64,000 nt of DNA from Roseibacillus sp. (lineage in GTDB: Bacteria; Verrucomicrobiota; Verrucomicrobiia; Verrucomicrobiales; Akkermansiaceae), in NCBI GenBank assembly GCA_051251855.1, contig JBPOGI010000001.1:1344001-1408000 (forward strand). The letters are read 5' to 3'. Under the pieces are notes generated by a model that saw only the letters and a program-made list of their open reading frames with translations, searched no databases and was not told where the DNA came from. Of the stretch, positions 48,939-58,168 are shown one piece after another (position 1 is the stretch's first letter; each line of letters opens with the position of its first letter). A program made the position numbers and the translations under genes.

Positions 48939-50894
48939 CTAAGCAGAAATCTGACGCGGTATCTCATCGGTATTTTGCGGTTTCATCGGCCCATTCAACT
49001 CCCCCATGCGACGAAGAAACTCGGAATAGTAGAGCACTTCCAAGCGCCCGTCGGCGTGCTCAACCACGCAACTCATACTCTCTACCCAATCTCCCGAATT
49101 AAGATAACGAATATCCTCCATCGTCTTATCTTCTGCGGTATGAATATGCCCGCAGATGATTCCATCGCAACCCCTCTTGCGAGCTAGACCCACAAGCTGT
49201 TCTTCGTATTTACCGACAAAGCTCACCGCATTCTTCACCTTCTCTTTAATCCTTTTGCTGATGGAGTGATACTCTTGACCCCGCCACCTGCGGTAACGAT
49301 TGTAGACCCGATTGACCTTTAGCAAGGAATCATAACCAAAGGCTCCCAACATCGCCACAAAACGAAAATTGGACGCAATATGATCGAAGCCATCTCCGTG
49401 AATCACGAGATATTTTCGTCCATCCACCCCTTGATGGATCGCCTCCTTCCTCAACTTTATTAGCCCGAAGTCGATGGGAAAAAAGCGCTCCAAAACATCA
49501 TCATGATTTCCTCGAAGATAGGTCACCTCGGTCTCCTCCTTCTCGCTCTTTTTTAGTATCGTTCGAATTACGCGAGTATGGCGCTTGCTCCAGATAGTTC
49601 CCCGCTTCAAAGCCCAGCCATCAATGATATCACCATTTAGGTAGAGCTTCTTGCAGCGGGTATGCTTCAGGAAGTCGACGAGTTCCTTTGTCTTGGACTC
49701 TGGTGTTCCTAAATGAATATCAGAAATAAAGATACTCTCGAAACGGAGAACGCTACTCCCCGTCCGGACTTTCTTGGGGGCACCGTATCGTTCGGCAGTT
49801 GCCGAAAGCAAAGACTCAAAGGTGTCGACAATCTGACTCCAGCCATTCTTCTCGCTGTGAGAGCGCGCCATTTGGCTCAAATCCCTCCAACTGGAAGCCT
49901 TTGCTAACACTTTCGCACGGCGCACAAATCCCTCCTCGTCACCTCGTGGCACTTTCAAACCATTGCCCCCATCGACAACATGAATCCTCGAAGCCGCATA
50001 ATCGTAGCTCAAGGTCACAAGTCCACTGGCCATCCCCTCTAACAAAACATTCCCGAATGTCTCTGTTTCACTCGGAAAGAGAAGAACATCAGCTGAAGCA
50101 TAGTGCCGCGCCAACTCCTCCCCACAAAGAACCCCAGCGAAGATCACCTCAGGGAACCCTCGCTCAAGCTTAGCCCTCAATGGACCATCCCCCACCACCA
50201 CGCACTTCGCCTCCTCACACTCCTCTCGCGCCCGTCTAAATGCCTCTAACCCGAATTCCAGATTTTTCTCCGCCGCCAGGCGCCCAACGATCAGATAGAC
50301 TGGTTCATCTTCATTGACTCCCCACTCTCGCCTTAAGCCCGCATCTCTCTTCTCAGGATGAAAAAGAGCAGCGTCCACCCCTCGCCCCAACACCTCCACG
50401 TTCTCAAAGGCATGCATCCGCAGGGTCTCCGCGACATCAGCCGAAGGAGTCACCGTTAAATCCGCTAACTCATGAATCTTCCGCAACCAAGCTAACATCG
50501 GAGCCTTCAGCCCGCCCAATCGATACTGCTCCAAATAGTCGTGAAAACAGGTATGAAATCCTATTACAGACGGAATACCTAAACTCTGTGCGGCTTGCAA
50601 AGCCGAAAGCCCCATCGGACTCTCCGTCGCGACATAGACCACGTCTGGCCTCTTCCGAAACCAACGCTTCCGGAACTTCACCGGCCGAGGCAGACCAATG
50701 CGAATCTCTTTATACCCCGGCATGCGAAAAAACCGCGCTGTAGTATCGCCCCCTTCTTCCGGCTTCTCATCCGCAGTGTGAATCACGTGCACTAGGTGCC
50801 CCTTGAGACGCAAGCCTTCCACCAAGCGGCCAATCGTCATAGCCACTCCATTGACGTCCGGAGTAAAAGTATCTGTTACAATATCAATTCTCAT
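48939..50894 (-). CDS. GT4 glycosyltransferase fused to PlcP/LpxH-like metallophosphoesterase
   Basis: VTDTFTPDVNGV, GRLAAEKN, ETFGNVLLE; then ISDIHLG, GDIIDGW, GNHD, IHGD, CGHIH, NSGDWVE. Confidence 0.88.
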   Translation of the reverse strand: MRIDIVTDTFTPDVNGVAMTIGRLVEGLRLKGHLVHVIHTADEKPEEGGDTTARFFRMPGYKEIRIGLPRPVKFRKRWFRKRPDVVYVATESPMGLSALQAAQSLGIPSVIGFHTCFHDYLEQYRLGGLKAPMLAWLRKIHELADLTVTPSADVAETLRMHAFENVEVLGRGVDAALFHPEKRDAGLRREWGVNEDEPVYLIVGRLAAEKNLEFGLEAFRRAREECEEAKCVVVGDGPLRAKLERGFPEVIFAGVLCGEELARHYASADVLLFPSETETFGNVLLEGMASGLVTLSYDYAASRIHVVDGGNGLKVPRGDEEGFVRRAKVLAKASSWRDLSQMARSHSEKNGWSQIVDTFESLLSATAERYGAPKKVRTGSSVLRFESIFISDIHLGTPESKTKELVDFLKHTRCKKLYLNGDIIDGWALKRGTIWSKRHTRVIRTILKKSEKEETEVTYLRGNHDDVLERFFPIDFGLIKLRKEAIHQGVDGRKYLVIHGDGFDHIASNFRFVAMLGAFGYDSLLKVNRVYNRYRRWRGQEYHSISKRIKEKVKNAVSFVGKYEEQLVGLARKRGCDGIICGHIHTAEDKTMEDIRYLNSGDWVESMSCVVEHADGRLEVLYYSEFLRRMGELNGPMKPQNTDEIPRQISA

Positions 50895-51024
50895 AATTTG
50901 AGAGGCCCACTGGTCTCTTCGTAGTGTTCTTTTTCATGAAACCTAAGGAATTCAAAACAACCTGAGGTGAAGATTTCGTCACACAGAGACTTATAAGGTT
51001 TCCCCCACAAGAGCTGAGCAACCG

Positions 51025-52755
51025 CTATCTCATGACACTTTCAATCCCCATCGCCGACTTCCTCACAAACTTAGGCAGCGCTTTTTCACCATGCCTACCC
51101 ACCAGTCGATAAGCGAACGATAGCAGACTCAGAACCACTAAATGGTCGAGCAGACGATAGCCTCTCCGCTCACGTAGGAGAACACTACTAACGAACCCAA
51201 TTGTCCGTCGCTTGAGCCGAAAAGGTTCGAAATCGATCTTAATTCGGTAGCGAGAACGCTCACTGCGCGGCCATTTCTCCTTATACTCAGCCTTCACCAC
51301 CTTGATTGCATTAACAGTCTCTGGATTCCATTCCTGAAAGTAGTACCTTCGCACCAAAGCCATGACTTCAAAGGTATCCTGCATAAACTCGATATCGCCT
51401 ACTGGCAGTTCAGCCTCCCGTGCTAAGGCTTTCATTTCATCAAACAGCGGCAAGATCTCTCCCGCATCCCGAAGGGCTGCTTCGTGGTCGGGAACGAAAT
51501 AGCGCATCAACTTGCGCACCGAAGAGGTGCAGAAAATACAATCCCAATAGACATGGAACAAAGGAGGAACCCTCACCCTTCGAAAGAACATTTCTTTGCA
51601 CGCAAAACTAGGAATGTAGAGCAAACGACGAATTACGGTCTCGGAGAGCCTCAACAACTTGATTGCGGCCTCCGCTCGCAAGTCTCCCATATAAAGTCGA
51701 ATCGACTCTTCACTTGTCCAACCATGCCGAAAGCTTCCGATCGCGCTTACGCAATTCAACACAATCCAAACTTCTTCATCGGTTGCCTGCTCGCTCACAA
51801 AAGGGCGACGACGGAATCCATGCCATCCACCCGTTTGGCACCACATCGAAAAGCCCACAAGACTCTCGTCGCCAGCCAATTCTCTTTGAAACTCCTCACA
51901 GTCCCACCCAATGAAGGATGGATATTCCCCCGCACCCTCATACTCACGCCGCCCCTGAAATTCAATAATCTTTGCCTGCTTTGTCTTCGCCAAGACCTCG
52001 CTCAATGGCAAATAGCGAAAGAAATCTGAGTCTCCATGCTTGAATGATAATATCAAGGCATTGGACCGAACACCCTTCACCACCTGAGCCACTCGATCCC
52101 GATGCCAAATCAAGTCTCCAATCGGATGAGCTCCCACCGTCCAGGTCCGCAGAATCAGAGTCTTCCCCAACTCCTCAAAGAGAGGCAGCAGCCGCTGTAA
52201 CAAAACACGTGCGTCTCGTGCTGTTCGCACATGTAGTCGCGACCGAATTGCATCCTTCACATCCAAGCCATCACTCTCCCCTATCCGCAGCACCAAACCC
52301 GACACTTCGGGAAAATCCTCAAAGAAGCCTCGTATCATCTCCCCATACCATTCCTCGATAGCCTCTCGAGAATTCCCCACCCGCTCGTCTATTGCCGCAC
52401 TCGTGCAAATCACATCCGAGGTCACGAACACTCTCAGCCCTCTGTCCAAATGAAAGCGCATCACCCTCCTTACCCGCTCGCCGAGCCTACCATTACGCTT
52501 TCGCACCTCCTCCTCAAACCAATGATGAACACTCAGATGCGCCAAGTCATCGAGGGTCACCGCATTGTAACCCAGCTCCCCAACCCTGCGCGCAAAGTGC
52601 TCGCTTTCCCGCTCAATCATCTCCCACTGCGCCTCCGCCTCCAAGCCATCCGCTTTCAAATGGTCGAAAGGAATCTTTGACCAATTGATTCGCCTCTTCA
52701 AGTAGCCCCGAAAGAACGGTGCGATAGCATCAATGAGAAAGAGCTTCTCCACCAC
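51025..52755 (-). CDS. Hypothetical protein, possible glycoside-hydrolase-like barrel
   Basis: 576 aa; GYNAVTLDD, LRIGESDG, ILRTW, EFQGRREYEG loosely recall GH67-type barrels. Confidence 0.55.
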   Translation of the reverse strand: MVEKLFLIDAIAPFFRGYLKRRINWSKIPFDHLKADGLEAEAQWEMIERESEHFARRVGELGYNAVTLDDLAHLSVHHWFEEEVRKRNGRLGERVRRVMRFHLDRGLRVFVTSDVICTSAAIDERVGNSREAIEEWYGEMIRGFFEDFPEVSGLVLRIGESDGLDVKDAIRSRLHVRTARDARVLLQRLLPLFEELGKTLILRTWTVGAHPIGDLIWHRDRVAQVVKGVRSNALILSFKHGDSDFFRYLPLSEVLAKTKQAKIIEFQGRREYEGAGEYPSFIGWDCEEFQRELAGDESLVGFSMWCQTGGWHGFRRRPFVSEQATDEEVWIVLNCVSAIGSFRHGWTSEESIRLYMGDLRAEAAIKLLRLSETVIRRLLYIPSFACKEMFFRRVRVPPLFHVYWDCIFCTSSVRKLMRYFVPDHEAALRDAGEILPLFDEMKALAREAELPVGDIEFMQDTFEVMALVRRYYFQEWNPETVNAIKVVKAEYKEKWPRSERSRYRIKIDFEPFRLKRRTIGFVSSVLLRERRGYRLLDHLVVLSLLSFAYRLVGRHGEKALPKFVRKSAMGIESVMR

Positions 52756-52900
52756 CCCGTCCTACTCTCTAAGCCCGTCCAACACCCACGAATCTCAGTG
52801 ACAAAACCGTCACTCTTCTTCCATAGCAGCAGCCGGTTCATCGCCGAACCATAAGAGGGAGCATCAGGCTTTAGCCTGATTCAAATTCAGAAAAAGTCCT

Positions 52901-53263
52901 TCACATTCTCGAAGTCCCCCGTCCATCACCGGCACGCTTCGATGCCGGAATCTCTGGGAGCTCCACCATCTCAGCCCCAACAAGCTTCTTCCCAGTCCAA
53001 GCGAGGAGATAGTTTGCGATTTCGGTCTCATCCAAGTCCACCTCAAGCATCTTAGGATCGCGAAACCACTCAGCCGGCCAGAGAATCAGATCCGCAACTT
53101 CCCCGCCAGGCAAAGTCATCTCGATGAGCTCCCCATAGTAGCCAGCCACCTCTTCTTCGGTGTCAGGATCGCTGATCACTTCGATCATAGCGACAAGCTC
53201 GTGATATTCGAGGTCCTCGACCGCATGAGGAGGACTCTCTACATTAAATTCAGGCCGAATCAT
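52901..53263 (-). CDS. Small acidic protein, colicin/pyocin immunity-like
   Basis: YHELVAMIEVI...PGGEVADLILWP; starts just after the aroA stop. Confidence 0.5.
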   Translation of the reverse strand: MIRPEFNVESPPHAVEDLEYHELVAMIEVISDPDTEEEVAGYYGELIEMTLPGGEVADLILWPAEWFRDPKMLEVDLDETEIANYLLAWTGKKLVGAEMVELPEIPASKRAGDGRGTSRM

Positions 53264-53267
53264 GATG

Positions 53268-54605
53268 TTAAGAGAACTTTTCGCCCTTCCAACCTTCGAG
53301 GTTCTTCCAGAAACTTGGCCAGGTCTTCGCCACGCACTCTGGCTCACCGATCTTAAATAAATCCTCCTCCGCTGGAGCATCATCATTCTTGTCCTTAGCC
53401 CGAATCGCCAAAGCCGAACGCATTACTCCGAAACACATCGCGATACGATGATCGTCGAACGAATTCGTCTCCACTTTCCGCGCAACCATTTCAACCAACT
53501 TCTCAGGAGTCATCCAATACTCTCCACCGCGAACTATCATATCATCCTCTTTTACCGTCACCTCCACGCCTAACAGCGCCAGGCCCAAACGCATGGCTTC
53601 GATTCGGTCACATTCCTTGACCCGTAGACTCTCCAGCCCCGTAAAGGACCACTCCCCTTCATAAAAGGCCGCCATTACCATCCCCGTCATGGCCACATCA
53701 GGCATCGCCGAAAAATCGAATCGCTTCTCCTCCTCTTCATCCACCTTTTCGAAATCCTCTAACTGAAACCCATCCCCCGAGCGCCCAAACCGCGCACCGA
53801 AGGACCGACACACCTCTACAAATCCCTCGTCTCCTTGAAGCGTCTCTTCTCCCCATTCCGCAATTTGCAAGGGTTGCTTAACCAGAGTAGCCCACGCACA
53901 GGGATAACTCGCCCCGCTCATATCCGCCGGAATCAAGTAACGCGCCGGCGCCGTCAAACCTTCCGCCACCTTCATCATCCGACCCTCATCTTGCACCTCA
54001 ACCACCACTCCCCATTGCCGGAGAATCTCCAAAGTCATCTCCACATAAGGCTGCGACGGCGGAATCTCCTCCATTTTCACAACCAAACCACCCGAAACCC
54101 TTGGTGCAACCAACAAAAGGGCGCTCACAAACTGAGAGGATACCTTTCCTGAGAGAACTATCTCATTCCTCTTCAACTGCCCTCCCAAGCCAGTAAATCT
54201 CACCGGCAAAAAGCCATGTCTTCCACTACATGTCAGGGGGACACCCAACTCCATTAAGGCTGAGAACAAGTCCTCCTGTGGGCGCTCATGCATTCGACTC
54301 ACCCCCTTCAAACCATACTCTCCCTCGACGACCAAACTCGCCGCCGACATAAACCGCGCCACTGTTCCCGCGTTCCCAATGAACACTTCCCTGTTCGCGA
54401 CTTGCAACCGTTCCGGCGGACGCACCAGCAACTCCTCCCCGACCTCCTCAAACTCTACACCAAAAGCCGACAAAACGGAACGCATGTGCACCGTATCATC
54501 ACTCTCCAACAAATTCGCCAACGCCACCTCCTGTCCACTCAGCGCCGCCAAAAACAGCACTCGGTTCGTCACCGACTTCGACCCTGGAATCCTAATCATC
54601 TTCAA
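53268..54605 (-). CDS. aroA: EPSP synthase
   Basis: PGSKSVTNR, GNAGTVAR, SSQF, LRVKECDR, DDHRIAM. Confidence 0.96.
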   Translation of the reverse strand: MKMIRIPGSKSVTNRVLFLAALSGQEVALANLLESDDTVHMRSVLSAFGVEFEEVGEELLVRPPERLQVANREVFIGNAGTVARFMSAASLVVEGEYGLKGVSRMHERPQEDLFSALMELGVPLTCSGRHGFLPVRFTGLGGQLKRNEIVLSGKVSSQFVSALLLVAPRVSGGLVVKMEEIPPSQPYVEMTLEILRQWGVVVEVQDEGRMMKVAEGLTAPARYLIPADMSGASYPCAWATLVKQPLQIAEWGEETLQGDEGFVEVCRSFGARFGRSGDGFQLEDFEKVDEEEEKRFDFSAMPDVAMTGMVMAAFYEGEWSFTGLESLRVKECDRIEAMRLGLALLGVEVTVKEDDMIVRGGEYWMTPEKLVEMVARKVETNSFDDHRIAMCFGVMRSALAIRAKDKNDDAPAEEDLFKIGEPECVAKTWPSFWKNLEGWKGEKFS

Positions 54606-54731
54606 AGCATTCTAGATAAACGACCCTTACTAAAAAGGAAAGCCTTGCCTACAATTCTAGCCTAGCTAGCGCAATCGAAGCTTAGCAATCCATCCAACTC
54701 ATCGCTAAGGAAGAGCGCCCTTCGCAGATAC

Positions 54732-54817
54732 GAGGGTCGACTTCAGCCGCCCACCATCAGTCTGGCCCAATCAAAACGTCGCCTAATACAGCGCCCTCCG
54801 ACTAAAGTCGACGCCTC
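54732..54817. repeat. REP-like inverted repeat pair
   Basis: GTCGACTTCAG...CTAAAGTCGAC imperfect inverted arms in an intergenic region. Confidence 0.45.
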
Positions 54818-54856
54818 TTATCTCCCCCCTTCGGTCGCAGCCTTGACAGCGTATAA

Positions 54857-55504
54857 TTAGCGTACCTCCGGCAACTCGATAGCAGCAATCTCGGACATCA
54901 CTTTGTCGGCAATCGATTGGTAGACTTCGCGGCCCTTGCCCTTCAAGTCCTCCGCATCGAATTCGATGGGCTCACCAACCACAAGAGTGACTTGGTGAAT
55001 CTTCCAAAAAGCAGCTCCTCGCGGAAGAGCTTCGTGTGCGCCGAAAAGACGACAAGGAACAACCGGAACCTTGGCCTTAGAGATAATGAGGCCTACCCCA
55101 GCCTTCGCATCTAACATCTTACCATCCCAAGAGCGTTCACCCTCGGGAAACATGACCACCCGCTCGCCCGACTTCAGGATCTTGATCACATTTTTAAGAC
55201 TACTCATATCAGGATTCTCCTGATCGATAGGAATCGAATTCCATCGAGGATAAAGCCAGGCACAAAAGCCCGTGAAGAGGGTTTTGCGAGCCAAATAAAA
55301 GACACCGTTCTTGTGAGCAATCCCTACCAAAGGAGGATCAAGAAAACTGACATGGTTACAAACGATCAAGGCACCCCCTTCTTCGATGAGATGCTCTCTT
55401 CCGACCACTTCATAGTTAAAGGACGCCTTCGCCACTCCACGGAACCAGCTCCAGCCAGCCCAATAGACCCAATTCATATCTTGCAACAATTTCATGACTA
55501 CCAA
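54857..55504 (-). CDS. plsC: 1-acyl-sn-glycerol-3-phosphate acyltransferase
   Basis: NHVSFLD and FPEGER. Confidence 0.88.
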   Translation of the reverse strand: MVVMKLLQDMNWVYWAGWSWFRGVAKASFNYEVVGREHLIEEGGALIVCNHVSFLDPPLVGIAHKNGVFYLARKTLFTGFCAWLYPRWNSIPIDQENPDMSSLKNVIKILKSGERVVMFPEGERSWDGKMLDAKAGVGLIISKAKVPVVPCRLFGAHEALPRGAAFWKIHQVTLVVGEPIEFDAEDLKGKGREVYQSIADKVMSEIAAIELPEVR

Positions 55505-56142
55505 CCTAGTTTCTTAAGTTCATTTTTCACTTCGACCACTACATCTTCAATGTCCATTTCCGAGCTATCGACCTCAACGGCTCCATCCGCTTTTCTTAGG
55601 GGAGAAGTCTTACGCTCTGAATCGTGCTTATCTCTCTCCGCCACTGCATCATCTGCTCCTTCTGCCTCCCGACGCTTACGCCGTATCTCTTCACTTGCAG
55701 TGACAAAGACTTTAAAAGGGGTGTCAGGAAAAACCACCGTGCCGATATCCCGCCCCTCCATCACAAGGTTACTGTGATTCAAAAACTCTCTTTGCTTAGC
55801 GACCAAGAGTTCACGCACTTCAGGAATGGCGGCCACATGTGAGACCGCCGCATTCACCTCATCGCTCTTAAGCTCCTCGATGCTTGGCTCCACTTCGTCG
55901 ACCTTCATCACAGTCTGGCCATCACGAACAACACAGCCCCACTCCACATTGGGAAGCAGAGCAACCACCTCATCCGGCTTAGTGGGATCGACTCCGCGCT
56001 GCAGAACTTCCCAAGTGACAGCTCGATACATTGAACCGGAGTTCACCATCGTCATCCCCCAGTCTTCGGCCAGTCGGCGAGCAACGGTACTTTTCCCGGA
56101 TGCAGCCGGCCCATCAATCGCGATCGCTCGATAAGAGCTCAT
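55498..56142 (-). CDS. cmk: Cytidylate kinase
   Basis: IAIDGPAASGKST, EGRDIGTVVFP; start at ATG 56142. Confidence 0.95.
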   Translation of the reverse strand: MSSYRAIAIDGPAASGKSTVARRLAEDWGMTMVNSGSMYRAVTWEVLQRGVDPTKPDEVVALLPNVEWGCVVRDGQTVMKVDEVEPSIEELKSDEVNAAVSHVAAIPEVRELLVAKQREFLNHSNLVMEGRDIGTVVFPDTPFKVFVTASEEIRRKRREAEGADDAVAERDKHDSERKTSPLRKADGAVEVDSSEMDIEDVVVEVKNELKKLGW

Positions 56143-56454
56143 CAAAGTTGAATCTCCCCTCCACAAAAAAGAGCTTTGAAAGCCTCATCTTCCTTTCCCT
56201 CCAATTCCAACCATGATCGCACCGTCAACATACTTGCGTTGAACATGCCCCCACCTTTAGAGAAAAATCAACCCCAACTCCTTTTGCACACGCTCTTTTC
56301 CTTCGAGAAAGACTATCAAGCCAACCTGCAGGCGAGTGACTCCGAAAAAAAGCCCCTCTTTTTCCTCATCGAATGCGCAAGCAGCCTCCAGCAAAGACGA
56401 CTTTGAGCCCCTTTGTCGCTTGCTTGATTTCACTAGTATGTCTTTATTATTCCA

Positions 56455-58158
56455 ATGACTGGAGCGACCGACGAAGAGCTGATCGAGCACTGGAAAAAGG
56501 AGCCCGCGCCTTTGCTCCCCCTTTTGCACGCTTTTCATGATCGGGATGGCTATCTCTCTGATGACGCCTTGCGCGCAGTCTCGGAAGGCCTCAAGACTCC
56601 CTTGGCCGATCTCTTTGGGACCGTTACGTTCTACCATCACTTCTCAAGAACACCCGGTGGCTTGGAAGCCCCTCGCGTCTGTACTGGAAACATTTGTTGC
56701 TTCCACGGTGGAAACGAAATCCTCGCCACTCTGAAAGCCCAGGGCCAAGCGGCCAGCGCCATGCCTTGCAGCGGACGTTGTGATGGCCCCGTCCCCGTCT
56801 TGCAAGGGCACACCACTCTCATCGGAACCTCTGCAGATAATCTGACCCCGACACCCAGCGCAGTCCCAGTCGCCAATCCGGGCGGTATCGAGGAATGCGT
56901 TTTCGCAAAAATCCGCGAGCCACAACGCAACACCCTCGACGGCTATCGTAACTCAGGCGGATTCGAAGCTTTAACAAATGCTCTCAAGGGCACACCCGAG
57001 CAAGTCATCGAGACCGTCACCGCCAGCAAACTCGCAGGACGTGGTGGAGCAGGCTTCCCAACCGGAATCAAATGGAAGGCCGTCGCCGACGCTCCCGGAG
57101 ACCCCAAATCCATTGTCTGCAACGCGGACGAAGGAGAACCCGGCTGCTTCAAGGACCGCGCAGTGATGGATTACGATCCCTATGCTCTGTTAGAAGGTAT
57201 GATTATCGCCGGATTCGCCACTGGAGCACCACAAGGTTTTGTCTATCTGCGGTACGAGTATCCCGAGACCAACGAACTTTTAGAGCAAGCAATCCTCGAC
57301 CTGAATGCAGGTGGACTACTCGGAGAAAACATCTTGGACAGCGGGTTCACCTTCCAACTCTACGTCCGCCGCGGAGCTGGCGCCTACATCTGTGGTGAGG
57401 AAGGCTCTCTTCTGAATAGCCTAGAAGGCAAACACCCTTTCCCTCGCAACAAGCCACCCTTCCCCGTCACTCACGGCTTTAACAACAAGCCCACCGTCGT
57501 CAACAACGTCGAAACCCTCGCCTCCATCCCTCCCATTCTCGTGAACGGGGCCGACTGGTATCGCGGACTCGGCTCCGGCGAACATCCCGGCACCAAACTT
57601 ATCAGCCTTTCCGGAGATATCGAACGTCCAGGTAACTACGAGGTGCCCATTGGTCTTCCACTCAAAACCCTCCTCTACGAATGGGCTGGCGGACCAAAAG
57701 ACGGTCGCTCCATCCAAGCGGTCACCATGGCCGGTCTTTCAGGGGGCTTCCTTGGACATCAAGTTCTCGACGATATCACTTTGGACGAACCCTGCATCCG
57801 CTCTCACGGTTCTTTCCTAGGTGCTGGGGGAATCATGGTCTTCGATGACACCCGCGACATAGTTCAGGTTGCTCATGATGCCATGGCTTTCTTTGCGCAC
57901 GAAAGCTGCGGCAAGTGTTTCCCCTGCCGCATCGGAACTCAGCGCCTCACCGAGCGTCTCGACGACCAAATCGTCCAGACCAAGCCCGAGGCATGGAAAG
58001 CCGAGGTCAACGACATCGGCGACGTCATGAAAGCGACCAGCGCCTGCGGCTTAGGTATGGCAGCCCCTAATGTGACCGAAAGCCTCCTCAAATACTTTCC
58101 CGAAGAAGTGGAACGAAGCCATCTAAAAACTGATAGCGAACAACCAGCCTTGACGTAG
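56455..58158 (+). CDS. Fused NuoE/NuoF-like diaphorase subunit of NAD-linked formate dehydrogenase
   Basis: CTGNIC...CSGRC, GRGGAGFP, NADEGEPG, YICGEE, ESCGKCFPC...C. Confidence 0.92.
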   Translation: MTGATDEELIEHWKKEPAPLLPLLHAFHDRDGYLSDDALRAVSEGLKTPLADLFGTVTFYHHFSRTPGGLEAPRVCTGNICCFHGGNEILATLKAQGQAASAMPCSGRCDGPVPVLQGHTTLIGTSADNLTPTPSAVPVANPGGIEECVFAKIREPQRNTLDGYRNSGGFEALTNALKGTPEQVIETVTASKLAGRGGAGFPTGIKWKAVADAPGDPKSIVCNADEGEPGCFKDRAVMDYDPYALLEGMIIAGFATGAPQGFVYLRYEYPETNELLEQAILDLNAGGLLGENILDSGFTFQLYVRRGAGAYICGEEGSLLNSLEGKHPFPRNKPPFPVTHGFNNKPTVVNNVETLASIPPILVNGADWYRGLGSGEHPGTKLISLSGDIERPGNYEVPIGLPLKTLLYEWAGGPKDGRSIQAVTMAGLSGGFLGHQVLDDITLDEPCIRSHGSFLGAGGIMVFDDTRDIVQVAHDAMAFFAHESCGKCFPCRIGTQRLTERLDDQIVQTKPEAWKAEVNDIGDVMKATSACGLGMAAPNVTESLLKYFPEEVERSHLKTDSEQPALT

Positions 58159-58168
58159 ATTTTAAGAA

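Noticed and set aside
56176..56406. 76-aa ORF between cmk and the formate dehydrogenase genes
   Set aside because: Lies in a probable divergent promoter region; no recognisable features.
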